Shown here: in pieces, positions 1-11,685 of the stretch
How the letters are laid out: each line of letters begins with the position of its first letter
How positions within the stretch are numbered: the stretch's first letter is position 1
NCBI GenBank assembly: GCA_964234715.1
Contig: OZ174289.1
DNA: 64,000 bases
Strand: one strand, 5' to 3'
Origin: Podarcis melisellensis
Taxonomy: Eukaryota
Translations under genes and position numbers: made by a program
Notes under the pieces: generated by a model
Seen by the model: the letters and a program-made list of their open reading frames with translations, nothing else
What the model was told of the DNA's origin: nothing
Databases searched by the model: none

Positions 1-293
1 ATCCTATAACATCACCATAGTAGGCAGTTTTTGTCATGAATTCTGCCTCAATATTGATCCAAAGTAGATCCCAACATATAGTTAGCTGAGTAAAAGCTTA
101 AATACTCTGCAGGATCCCCCCAAAATAGACCAGAGGCAATTAGCTTCATCCAGCAGAGCTCTTACTACTGAAGACAAATGAGCTTAAGAGTTATGAATCC
201 AATATCTTCAAGATTGGCACAATCCACAAGCAATCCAGTTGCAGTAAACTTAACTTAAACTTACAATATACTGAAACCTAAAGACTAAGCATA

Positions 294-552
294 CAGTGGT
301 ACCTCTGGATGCGAACAGGATCCATTCCGGAGCCCCGTTCGCATCCTGAAGCGAACGCAACCTGCGTCCGTGAGTCTGGCGATTCGCCGCTCCCGTGCAT
401 GCACGTGAAGTCATTTTGAGCGTCTGCACATGCCACATGAGTGCACATGAGTGGCAAAACCCAGAAGTAATGTGCTCCGTTACTTCCGGGTCACCGCGGA
501 GCGCAACCTGAAAATACTCATCCTGAAGCTACTTCAAACCGAGGTATGACTG
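294..552. mobile_element. Tc1/mariner (pogo/Tigger-like) MITE, family A
   Basis: Termini CAGTGGTACCTC...GAGGTATGACTG flanked by TA; sister copies at 23579 and 24372. Confidence 0.8.
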
Positions 553-1208
553 TACTCTGTACAGAACACCACACCAGAACAAAAGAGAAAGTGAAACAGG
601 CTCCTTCTGGCCTATTATTACAGTCAGCATGACCTTGATAAGAAAGAGATAACAGAATGAGTTTGAACAAGCTATTCAGCTTCTTTGAAATTATAACCTA
701 AACATAAAGAGCCTTCTACTTATTTCTAAGAAGAAGAGAGACTTGTTTTTTAGCTAGAAACTTGCGCCTGGCACCAGCTTGTATCACACAGAAAAAGCTT
801 CCACAACCCTACTTGAATCAATTAGAATAGGAAAGATCTCTGCACATCAAAAGGAAAGATCTCTGCACATCAAATACCCTCTGCACCAAAAAATGCAAAC
901 TGACAGTTTTTTCAGTTAGATCTGTTATCAACTGTAGAGTGAGAGAGCACACATACACACACATGTGTAAATATGTTTTAGTATACCAAGTAAAGTAATG
1001 TGTTAAGTTTAAACAGAGAAGATTGTACAGTCTTTTATAGGAAAGAAAAAGAGAAATATATTTTTAAAAGGGTCAAACAACCTGGGGAAAATTTCATGCA
1101 TATAAATAGCAGAGTTTTATTGTCTTATTCCTTTTGAAAACCACGAGTTTGTTTCTGTCGTCCATTGTATATAATTTTTATTAAACAAACAATAAATTTT
1201 GCTAATAC

Positions 1209-1298
1209 CTTTCAATGAGGGCAATGTTTATCCGCAGGTGTTCAAGTCTGCTACTTTTTGTCCGCTTACCCATAAACTTCTTGGTTACAATATTAATC
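1209..1298 (-). CDS. TTF1: TTF1 coding exon 7 ([11 protein letters not shown]...NIALIER)
   Basis: Polypyrimidine tract plus cttaag|G acceptor, AG|GTATTA donor, 90 nt; resembles WTEILTKRM...SLIER of mammalian TTF1 (recalled). Confidence 0.85.
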
Positions 1299-2700
1299 CT
1301 TAAGAAGAAAAAGAAAGCTGATTACAATTGTTTATTCAGTAAATTGAAGGCATTTGCAGGTGAGTTAGCAATAATGGTGGGAAATGCACAGGAAAGTATC
1401 TTGAAAACGCTGGGGAAAATGAGTATATTCGGTAAAGTTTCAGAATTTAAATTGAATAAATTTAAAATGAAATTAATGGTTAAAAATATGGGTGAACAAG
1501 AGAAAAATGAGTTACAAAAAAATCTGGTCTGTCAATAGCAAAGGAAGTCAAATATTTGGGAATTGGGGTAACCATGTATAATAAAGTATGGAAAGAAATA
1601 AAAAAAGATATGGAAATCTCGAATAGATTAAATTTGACACTATGGGGAAGAATTTCGACTATCAAAATGAATATTATTTCTTTTTCAAATGATATTTGAT
1701 ATTTCAAATGATAAAATATTATTTCTTTTTCAAATGATCCCAATTATAGGGAAATGGAGTGTTTTAAAATCTGGAGAGGGACATATCCAAGTTTATTTGG
1801 CAGGGCAAGAAACCACGTATCAAGTATAAATTACAGGCAAAGGTACCCCTGACCATTAGGTCCAGTCACAGATGACTCTGGCGTTGCACGCTCATCTCGC
1901 TCTATAGGCCGAGGGAGCCGGCATTTGTCCGCAGACAGCTTCCAGGTCATGTGGCCAGCATGACTAAGCCACTTCTGGCAAACCAGAGCAGTGCACGGAA
2001 ACGCCATTTACCTTTCTGCTGGAGCGATACCCATTTATGTACTTGCACTTTGATGTGCCTTCAAAAACAAGTAGTTCCTAACAAACCATTTCCAAGAAAC
2101 ACATTGTGTTTGCTAAGCAGAACCTGCACGTATAAATTTATACGTGCTTTCGAACTGCTAGGTTGGCAGAAGCAGGGACCAAGCAACGGGAGCTCACCCA
2201 TCACAGGGATTCGAACTGCCGACCTTCTGATTGGCAAGCCCTAGGTTCTGTGGTTTAGACCACAGCGCCAACCGCATCAGTCCAAGTACAAATTACTAAT
2301 GGATAAAAAAGAAAAGAGGCTTCGCTCTGCCAGATTTAAAACTCTATTATAAAGCCACATGTTTATGCTGGTTAAGAGAGGAGATGATTTTGGGAAATAC
2401 GGACATTTTAGATATTGAAGTTTGGGATAAGTAAAAATCCAGATAGATAAGTCATTTATTTTGTGCAAAAATGATAACAAGATATACAAAATAGAAAATG
2501 AAATGTAAATAGAAGAAGCTGCAATGTGGTGGTGGGAAATCACGGGGGGGGGGGGAAGGTAATCACAATATGGATTGTTATACCTTAAATATAAGTGAAA
2601 ATATGGGTGTGAATTTGTAATTGTATAATGAAAGAAAATAAAATAAAAAAGCAATAATTAAAAGGGGGGAATGAGCAACAAATTTGAATAGCCCCACCTA

Positions 2701-2741
<41 letters not shown>

Positions 2742-5700
2742 TTTTATTTATACCCCGCCCTCCCCAGCCAAGGCCGGGCTCAGGGCGGCTAACAAGCAAT
2801 AATAAAAACGAGTTGAATGAATACAACTTAAAAACAAGATTAAAATACAACATTAAAATATTGAAACATTAAAATATTAAAATGCAGCCTCATCACAGGA
2901 GGAGAAAGGGAAAAGAAAAAAGAAGAAAGAAAGAGGAGAAGGGAATTAAATTGGCTCCAAGCCAAAGGCCAGGTGGAATAACTCTGTCTTACAGGCCCTG
3001 CGGAAAGAAATCAGATCCTGCAGAAATCAGATCCTGCAGGGCCCTTATCTCATGATGTCGCATGGATCACTGTGGCCAGGTCAGGAGGAAAAGGGAGGAA
3101 CAATTTGCCTGAGGACAGCTGGCAGGGGTTTCTTGAAAGGATCATTCTGCAGACCCTACTAGAGGTGTCATGGATGGGACCTTTTTGCATGCATGTTGCC
3201 AGTGGCTGATGAGAGTTGTGCTCAATGTCTAGAGGGAGACAAAGGTTCCCTGACCACTCTTACCACTTCTGTTTACACTGCCTCCAGTGCCTGGTGCCCA
3301 CTTTGGCTTCCACTTTGGACCACGAGATGCCCTTCCAGAGATTCTCATACGTGACCATGAGTGCTCCATCCTCATCCTCTTTCTCTGAAGCAGAGTCTGA
3401 GTCTCTCATTTTGGACAGCAGCGTCTCCTTGATGGCTTGAACTAGCTTCCTTGTCTCTTCAGAACCCCAAGGACCGGAGTTATACGCTGAATTCATTTAA
3501 AAGGGGGAAATACTGATTTAATTCATTATCAGCTCTAGACATCTTGCAAGGGCTTATGCAGTGGAAGGTCTTGGCTGGCTAGCATCAGTAACAAGAATGA
3601 CAAACTGGATTGCTGGTTTAAACAGATAGCAACAGTTCTCCATTCAACCTAGTTCAGTAGTTCCCAAACATTTTTGGGCCTCTGTCCCCTTGGCTCCCTC
3701 ACCCTCAAGTTGCCGAATTTGAATGACAGAGGTAAGAAAGTACCATAGAATAAATGATCCAAAAAAGATACACCAGCATGCCCAATTTCCATAATTCTGC
3801 TTTTTGTGGTGAAATTTTTAAATAATTATTTTAAAAGCCCTGAGCCCTGGTTTGATGAAGGATTAGGCCAGGGTTGGGGTGGGGGGGGGGAAGAGCAGGA
3901 GTGTTAATATACCACATTTGATCTCAGAAAATTTTGTTTCAACTGAATGGCTGCTGCGAGACATCAGGTCCGAGATCTTTTTCCAGTTGTTGCCATACAT
4001 GGCTTGATACTTCTTGAGCTTCTTTTTCTCCAGCTCAGAATACCTAGGGAGAAAAGGGGTTGCTGTTCTCAATGAGCTAGTTGCACTGGTAGTGGGTTAG
4101 TGTGTCAGACTTGTGGTAATTATACTTTACAGAGTTGTGCGGAGGTTGCCCCAAGTTGTTAGGCCCTTTTTAATAGTTTTCTTTTTCTCCCAGAAAAACA
4201 ACAACAACTATGCAACACTTGCTTTTAAAGTTTAAAAATAACATATGGCTTTTACTAGGTGTGCTTGCTCTTGTCAGATTGAATGAACAAGAAAGGCAGG
4301 TAATACTTATACTACTGAAACATATTTACATGAACTTGTTTCTGAGACTGACTAATATTTACAGACTGACTATGAGGCAGAGAGCAGCACAACACAATAT
4401 ACTTGCTACAGATTCTATGCTACAGCATTAACTCTTTGCATAGTATTCTGGATGCACCCTTCCTATGACTAAGACATAGTAGACTAGGGTTCAAATTCCC
4501 ATTCAGCCATGAAGTTCATGAGTCAGCTGCAGTCACTCAAACCAACCTACCTCACAGGGTTGCTGTGAGGATAAGATGAGGAGGAGCTCCTTGAAGGAAG
4601 GTTATAAATGTAATAAACATAATAAACATATAATAATAATAATAATAATAATCATCATCATCATCATCATCATCAAGGAGATGGAGTGACTGCTTTATGA
4701 AGAAAGGTTGAAGCATTGTGGACTTTTCCACATAGAGAGAAGGCAATTACTTGGTGACATGATAGAAGTTTCTAAGCTTATGCATGGCTTGGAGAAAGTG
4801 GAGGGACAGAAGTTTTCTCCCTCTCTCATAACATTTGAACTCATGGACATCCTATTAAGCTGAATTTTGGAAGATAAAGGGACTTCTTTATGCACCAGAG
4901 TTAAAATATGGAGGATGCTCCCACAGAAGGAAATGATGGCCACCAATCTAGAGTGTTTTAAAAGAAGATTAGATAAAATTCATGGGGAGAGGGCTATCAG
5001 TGTCTACTAGCAATGATGACTATGCTCTGCTTCCATGGCCAGCAGCAGCAATGATCCTAAAGACCAGTTGCTGGAAACCACAAGAGGGGAGAGGGCTCTT
5101 GTGCTCAGGGTACTGCTTGCTGCTTTCCCACAGACATGTGGATGGCCACTGTGAGAAGAAGATGCTGGACTAGGTGGGCCATTGGCAGCAGGCTCTTATG
5201 CTCTGACTTCACTCTGTAGGAGCTGGCCTTCAGCAGATAGCATATTATTGGGAGGTCCATTTGCTATGATGCAGGAATCGTCCATTTTGTGTAGTGGCAT
5301 GCTAGATTTGGAACTCCCTCATGCTACACATCAGACAGTGGCTGTCTCTATTGCTTCCATGACTTGCTTCCTTGAGATCAGGAGCCAATAACCCCAACCC
5401 CACAAGTATGCATTGAACTGGAAGTGACAAAGGACAAAAGTTAAAGCTTTAGTGAAATCAGAAATCTGGAGCTAAAACGTGAGTCTTTTGGAGTTCAGGC
5501 AGAGAGAAAAACTTTCTGAGTAGGAACTCCAGAACCCTGTCCTGTTAGGCTCGGTGGCCAAGTATCCTGGGAAGCCTCCATGACAACAGCAAAAAACCCC
5601 AGAGAAGCCCAGTTGCCTTTCTTACCTTCCATTATAATTCTTGGGATCGTACATTTTTCTTGCTCGGTAATATACTAGCCTCCAAGGCCTTGGAATTCCC

Positions 5701-8700
5701 TGAGCTTCAGAAGAATCGATAAAGATGCATTAAACTCGACATTTTGTGATTAAAGACAATCTACATTAAGGAGCTAATTGGATTATGGGTTGCTGATTTT
5801 GCAACAGTTACGTTATGATTGTGTTTTTATTCACCAAAATATTACCACCCTTTATTCAATTTATATAATAAGCCCAGGGCAGCATTTATTCGTTATGAAC
5901 CATCTCCCTAAACTGTCATCTGTGAGCAGCCATTCCATCAGGCTGCCTCAGTGTGGGAGAGAGAGGAAGCCGAAGGCCATCAGCTTGGCCAAAAGACCAG
6001 CTCCATCAGAGCCTTTGACTCCTGAAGTATGCAAGTTGGTAATTGTTAGAACAGCTGTTTAAAGGGTCCTCAGTTTCATTCCCGCCCTTCCCTCCCTGAT
6101 GTTGCTGGACACCCATTGGTCCCAATCATCACAGTCAATGGTGATGGGAGTTCATAGAATTGGAAAGTACCCCAAGGGTCATCTAGTCCAGTGTTTTTCA
6201 ACCACTGTTCCACGGCACACTAGTGTGCCGCGAGATGTTGCCTGGTGTGCCATGGGAAAAATTGAAAAATTCGAAAGATTTAAAAATAAAGTATTTTATA
6301 ATTTTTCATATTTCTGTTTACTTACTATTTCATAATAAAGTAATTATAAAATACTTTCTTTGTGCTTATTTGATTCCTATTCAAGAGAATTACTTTAAAT
6401 ATAGTCAATATAGGCACAGAGTAAATTTTTTTAACATTTTCTAATGGTGGTGTGCCTCATGATTTTTTTCATGAAACAAGTGTGCCTTTGCCTAAAAAAG
6501 GCTGAAAAACACTGATCTAGTCCAACCCCCTGCAATGCAGGAATCTCAACTAAGCATCCCTAACAGATGGCCATCCAATCTCTGCTTAAAAACCTCCAGC
6601 AAAGCAGAGTTCACAATCTCCCAAGGGAGTCTGTTCCACTGTCAAACTGCTCTTACTGTCAGAAACTGCTCTTACTTCCTGATGGTTTTGTGCAGTAATA
6701 TCTACAGAACCAAAGGTTTTCCATCCCTGACTAACTTGTATATAACTAGCTAGCTTTTGCCCAGAATTGCTTGGGAATCCAAGAAATGAAGAAACCCAGG
6801 GCAGTTTTGTAAGATTTCAGTTCGCCATCTTGATTCAAAATGGCATCCAATGGTATCCAAACAAACCTAAGTACCTGCTCCGCGATCTCAGGAACCATCA
6901 CGCTAAATTTGGCTACAGTATCTTAACAAGTGTCCATACACATGGTAAAACAAACAACTTTCCCAAATATGTAATAGATTATGGTTTGATTCGGACAAAG
7001 GAGGGAATTTGGACAGCTTCACAAATGTACTAGAGAGGCAAATCTTTTAGCAAGACTACCCCCTCACTACCAAGTTACCCACAAAAGCCACCCAGTCAAA
7101 TACGCACCAATCTTTGCACCAAACAAGTTTTTAGTTTTCAGTTTGTTGATGGATTCTCTCTCTTGGGGGAACCTGTGAGCAAAGAGGAGTTTTTCTGCAG
7201 ACTCTATCCCAGTGTCTTTCAAGAAGGCCTCAATATTGTGCCGCAGCTGATTGTTTTCTTTCCTGGAAAATTTGCCAAACCGCACAGCAACGCCTACATC
7301 ATTTCCAAGGGAGAATAGGAAAGTTTCAGATTTCAGACCTTGCCCTTCAGCGTTAATCACTCATTCATAACGCTGAGTAGTTTTCAGGGCCACATGGCCA
7401 CGTATACCTTGCAACATGAGCCTCATGGATAACTTGTCTACTGTCAGCTTTTGTGAAACTGGCCATTTTTCAGGACCCAGGACTCCTAAATTGTGCTTGG
7501 TGTTCCCATAAAACAGGTGCAGTAACCTTTGGGTCTCTAGATATAGTGGTACCTTGGGTTAAGAACTTAATTTGTTTTGGAGGTCTGCTCTTAACCTGAA
7601 ACTATTCTTAACCCCACTTTAGCTAATAGGGCCTCCCACTGCTACTGCATTGTTGCCACACGATTTCTGTTCTCATTCTGAAGAAAAATTCTTAACCCAA
7701 GGTACTATTTCTGGATTAGCGGAGTCTGTATCCTGAAGCGTCTTTAACCCGAGGTGCCACTGTATTGCTCAACTCCAGCTCCCAACGGCCCCAAGCGTGT
7801 TTAGCAAATGGCGAGGTATGATGGGAGTTGGAAGCTCAGCAACCTCTAGATGGCCATAGCTTCTCTACACCTACCATAAAATGATAAGCTAGCTGTAGAT
7901 GTGGGTTTGGGTCTTGGTTATTAGGACAAACACCAAATGTTTGCCATCTCAAAGCCAGAGGTGGGAAACATTGTGACCCTCCACATGGTTGCTAGACTTT
8001 TATCTCCCACCATCCTTGACCATTAGCGATGTGGTCTGGGGCAGACAGGAGTTAAGAGTCCAACAACATTTGGAGGGCCACAAGTTTCCCACCCCTGCTG
8101 AGCATGTACACACCTACACACGCACAAGTGACATATATGAGGGCAGACCATGCTCTTTGATTTTCTGAATTGGGAGTCAAGAAATGTGGTGTCCCAACCT
8201 TTTCCCCACAAAATAATCAACATCTAGAGAACTACCGGTTACTCACCACTGTTATGCCCCTTGCAAAGCACACATGTGTGTATGTGTAAAACCTACCATT
8301 CCACCAGGTTATCTACCAGTTCTGCCAGAATACCAGCTGCAACAGAAACCTCCTACCCCTAAACTGTTTCTGTGTCAGCTGGTTATTAAAGCCCTGTTTG
8401 GTGCCTGAGTTTGTGTTTTCCTCTGCCTGCCATGTCCTCCTTTCCTTATGTGCTGTCTTTTTAAAATTGTGGGCCCATAAGAAGCGATTGCTTTGTTTTA
8501 AGGGATTGTATGTAAGGCACTCAGAGCCTCTTTTGGTTGAAGAACGGGGTACATGTGGTCTGAATAAATATACATATATATACACAAATGCACACCCTTT
8601 CTTTCAATGAATACATATACAGTAACAACATTTGTATTCCACCTTTCCTCCCAGGATGAAAGGGTAGTGTACACTTTCCTCCCCCTCTGCATTTTCATTA

Positions 8701-11509
8701 TTTGAGTATTAATCACCTGTACATAACACTTTGGAGATTATACAAAGAAATTGCCATGACCTTTGATTTACTGAAGAGCCTACCCAAGTGAAAGGTGTTC
8801 TCACTCAGGACTGTACACACCTTTTTTCTTAAAATTTCTAAACCTGACCAGGTCCCGACCAGCCAGCTGTCTGATCGCTGAATCACTCAGGGTCCTGATG
8901 TGAGGAATGAACTCTTCCAGCTCCTTGGTGGCAGAGTCCAGATCTTTCATTGAAAGCTGAGAAAATTCTACAAACTCATTGTCCACAAGGGAAAACTTGC
9001 TGGAAGATGATTCCTCAGCGTCTGAATGGACAGGAGTTGGAGATTTCTGTGGCCTGTTAGGAGAGCAAAACGTGAGGCCTGCATACTATTACTGGCACTT
9101 GTTGGCACTGAAAATCGCTTTGGGATGCCAGGGGAAAGCCCGGCATTAGCTTGTGAGACACATGCTATTGACAAAAGCCACACCTCACCAAGACACCTGT
9201 CTTGGAAAAATTACTTACTAGGTGACCTGATCAACTAGCCCACTGATGCTTATGCAGTGTTGGAATAGCATATCTAATGCTTGAGTGTAAGATTCTTGGA
9301 ATGTGATGTGTATATTGAAACAATTTACTATGCACACAAGCTTGGATAAGGAATACTAGTGGTGGCTGGCAGCTGAAACACAGTCTTTTAGTACAATCAG
9401 GCACTCCAACCATGGAAACGTTTTACAATTTGGGGGGAATGAATACAGCCAATTATTATTATTATTATGAAGACGTGTGCATGCACACAAAAGCTTATAC
9501 CCAGAACAAACTTAGTTGGTCTCTAAGGTGCACTGCGTCAGACCAACACAGCTACCTACCTGAATCTGACTGGCTGTGTTTCTACATTGTAAGCCAGTGG
9601 GAAGCAACTATTTCTGATACCTGTAAGCTGCCTGGAGTGCCTTTTTCAGCTGAAGTGGCAAAGGAAGGAAGGCTTCAACACTCCTAAGCTCCACCCTCTT
9701 TCTGGTGCATCTTCTGAATCCCAGACTCCCACTTCTACACATCTGGGACAGATCTGGGTCAGGACACACAAGAGATCTGTTGCCAACAAACTTGTTTTAG
9801 CCTTGAGCCTGTGCATGAAGCCCTTCACCCTTTTGCTAAACATCAATTTAAATAATAAAACAGTTCATATTTTCCTCACACCTGCCAAGAAAGCCCATCC
9901 ATGGGTAAGGTACTTACCCACCATCAGAAGCATTTGTGCTGGGAGCATTTTTACGCTTATGTGATTTCTTTTGTGTGCCAGGGCTGCTGAGGTTCACAGT
10001 TCTGTCCAACTTATTCACCTCATTGTTCTCCTCTTGGGAAAGATCTGAGGGCTGTGTTAAAGGTACAGGAGGAGGCAAAGGTGTAAAGTCCTCCTTCACG
10101 TCCTCTGTGTCACTGCAGTTGGTTGTATTGTGCTTGTGCAATCCTGCATTTTCCAAGTCACTGGCATCAAGCTGGCTGCTGGCCTCTTCTGGAGTTTCAG
10201 GTTTTTTACGCTTTTTCTTCTTCTTCTTCCGTGCAATGGAACTACAAAACTCCTCAGTTTTGTCTGACTCAGTTGCCTCTTTTCTCTCCTGGGAAAGGTC
10301 TGAGTGCTGTGTTAAGAGTACTGCAGGAGGTGAAGGTGCAAAGAGATCCTTCTGTGTGTCCTCTGTGTCACTGCAGTCTGTTCTATTGTGCTTGTGCAAA
10401 CTCAGAGGGTGAGCCCTACTATCGTTGAGCCTGTCAGAAGCTCCATTTGCCTCGGCCTGCTCTGTTAACAAGAGCACTTTTGCCTTCTTCTTCTTCTGAA
10501 CAGGTGTGGATTCAGAGACATAATCTGCATTTTCCAAGTCACTGGCTTCAAGCTGGCTGCTGGCCTCTTCTTGAGTTTCATGTTTTTTACGCTTTTTCCT
10601 CTTCCGTGCAATGGGACTACAAAACTCCACAGTTTTGTCTGACTCAGTTGCCTCTTTTCTCTCCTCCTGGGAAAGGCCTGAGTGCTGTGTTAAGAGTACT
10701 GCAGGAGGTGAAGGTGCAAAGAGGTCATTCTGTGTGTCCTCTTTGTCACTGCAGTCTGTTCTATTGTGTTTGTGCAAACGCGGAGGGTGAGCCCTTCTAT
10801 CGTTGAGCCTGTCAGAAGCTCCATTTACCTCGGCCTGCTCTGTTAACAAGAGCACTTTTGCCTTCTTCTTCTTCTGAACAGGTGTGGATTCAGAGACATA
10901 ATCTGCATTTTCCAAGTCACTGGCTTCAAGCTGGCTGCTGGCCTCTTCTGGAGTTTCAGCTTTTTTATGCTTTTTCTTCTTCTTCCGTGCAATGGGACTA
11001 CAAAATTCTGCAGTTTTGTCCGACTGAGGTGTCTGCTTTTTCTCCTGCAGGGAAAGATCTAAGCGCTGCATTAAGGGTACCACAGGATGCAGGCTGCTGG
11101 CCTTTTCTGGAGTCTCAGGAATGCAAAAGTCTCTGCCACCCTCTTGTTCACTTTGTTGATACTTCCTCTTTTTCTTATTACATACGCGAGTATCTGTTCC
11201 AGACTTGCTATTCAGCTCACTGTCTGTTGGGATCCAAGTAGCATCTGACTCAGAGTCTGGAATCTCTTTCCCATCTTTTATGTTCTTTGTTTTTTTTCTA
11301 CAGGCCCCAGTATCTTCGGTATCCTCAACGAGCCAAGGAAAAATTGAGGAATGTCCGGAAGATGGAGGCGAGCAAGGAGCAGCCTCCACAGGTTGGTCAT
11401 CCCCCTGTCCATTAAGGCCCTCCTTCCTCTTCTTTTTTTTCTTCTTCTTCTTCACCAACTCTGGGAAATGAAAGCCATTTGAGGCTGATGATGCATCAGC
11501 TCTGTGCAT
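1209..11509 (-). CDS. TTF1: Transcription termination factor 1 (Pol I), 3'-partial. Coding exons: 11509-9918, 9053-8821, 7293-7108, 5704-5626, 4043-3913, 3486-3264, 1298-1209
   Basis: The spliced frame is open (2534 nt) with GT-AG introns and matching phases. Peptides [42 protein letters not shown] and [22 protein letters not shown] match the TTF1/Reb1 Myb-like C-terminal region. Adjacent to SETX, as in other vertebrates. Confidence 0.93.
1340..2690 (+). mobile_element. Degraded L1-clade LINE ORF2 3' fragment, interrupted by a SINE
   Basis: Remnant peptides [27 protein letters not shown] and LPDLKLYY; boundaries approximate. Confidence 0.65.
1836..2280 (-). mobile_element. Sauria (Squam1) SINE with an internal ~80 bp insert
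   Basis: tRNA-like head and Bov-B-like tail on the minus strand; TSD CAAGTAYAAATTAC at ~1821 and ~2283. Confidence 0.85.
2702..3045 (-). mobile_element. L2 LINE 3' fragment with (TAA)n tail
   Basis: (aat)n followed by tttataccccgccc, the 3' end signature shared with the other L2 copies. Confidence 0.6.
3264..3486 (-). CDS. TTF1: TTF1 coding exon 6, Myb-like repeat 2 ([12 protein letters not shown]...QCKQKW)
   Basis: ttcag|CG acceptor, TG|GTAAGA donor, 223 nt. Confidence 0.92.
3913..4043 (-). CDS. TTF1: TTF1 coding exon 5, Myb-like repeat 1 ([24 protein letters not shown]...)
   Basis: cctag|G acceptor, G|GTATAT donor, 131 nt. Confidence 0.92.
4680..5200 (+). mobile_element. CR1 LINE 3' fragment
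   Basis: YEERLKH-like and GDMIEV-like remnants, plus a CR1-type 3' UTR. Confidence 0.65.
5626..5704 (-). CDS. TTF1: TTF1 coding exon 4 ([27 protein letters not shown])
   Basis: ctgaag|CT acceptor, AG|GTAAG donor, 79 nt; too short for the ORF track. Confidence 0.9.
6189..6514. mobile_element. hAT (Charlie-like) MITE nested in a CR1 3' fragment (~6150-6675)
   Basis: TIR CAGTGTTTTTCA...TGAAAAACACTG; exact 8-bp TSD ATCTAGTC. Confidence 0.88.
7108..7293 (-). CDS. TTF1: TTF1 coding exon 3 ([14 protein letters not shown]...)
   Basis: gtag|GC acceptor, G|GTGCGT donor, 186 nt, phase 1 to 1. Confidence 0.92.
7544..7762. mobile_element. Tc1/mariner MITE, family B
   Basis: (C/T)AGTGGTACC...GGTGCCACTG flanked by TA; homologous to the copies at 12275 and 54455. 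Confidence 0.8.
8821..9053 (-). CDS. TTF1: TTF1 coding exon 2 (PQKSPT...ELEEFIPHI...FRNFKKK)
   Basis: ctaacag|G acceptor, G|GTGTGT donor, 233 nt, phase 2 to 1. Confidence 0.88.
9918..11509 (-). CDS. TTF1: TTF1 coding exon 1: large Lys-rich, low-complexity N-terminal exon with internal repeats
   Basis: Acceptor ttttaaag|GAAATT (exon starts 11515), ATG at 11509, donor GG|GTAAGT at 9918; lies within ORF 9914..11542. Confidence 0.85.
9990..11120 (-). repeat. TTF1: Coding tandem repeat in TTF1, period 378-381 bp (126-127 aa), about 3 copies
   Basis: Anchor tccaagtcactgg recurs at 10152, 10533 and 10911; peptide EEASSQL(E/D)ASDLENA occurs 3 times. Confidence 0.9.
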
Positions 11510-11542
11510 AATTTCCTTTAAAAAGCAAAGGAGAAGTGGCAA

Positions 11543-11545
11543 ATA

Positions 11546-11591
<46 letters not shown>

Positions 11592-11685
11592 TAAATTATT
11601 TATACCCCGCCCAATCTGGCTGGGTTTCCCCAGCCACTCTGGGCAGCTCCCAACCTAATATTAAAAACACGATACAGCATTTAAA
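11543..11685 (-). mobile_element. L2 3' terminal fragment with long (TAA)n tail
   Basis: ataccccgcccaatctggctgggtttccccagccactctggg signature. Confidence 0.75.

Noticed and set aside
829-874. Short tandem duplications (23 bp here; 16 bp at ~3006; ~25 bp at ~1670-1738)
   Set aside because: Ordinary slippage duplications in intronic or TE sequence; not CRISPR-like arrays.
1-1200. Remaining TTF1 3' exons
   Set aside because: No segment matching the expected downstream peptide with splice sites was found; they probably lie outside the window.
3869-3890. G-runs as G-quadruplex/R-loop signals (also ~42275 and elsewhere)
   Set aside because: Poly-G and poly-C runs are common throughout the window, with no specific positioning evident.
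9936-11471. Several plus-strand ORFs with repeated peptides
   Set aside because: They are antisense shadows of the repetitive TTF1 exon.
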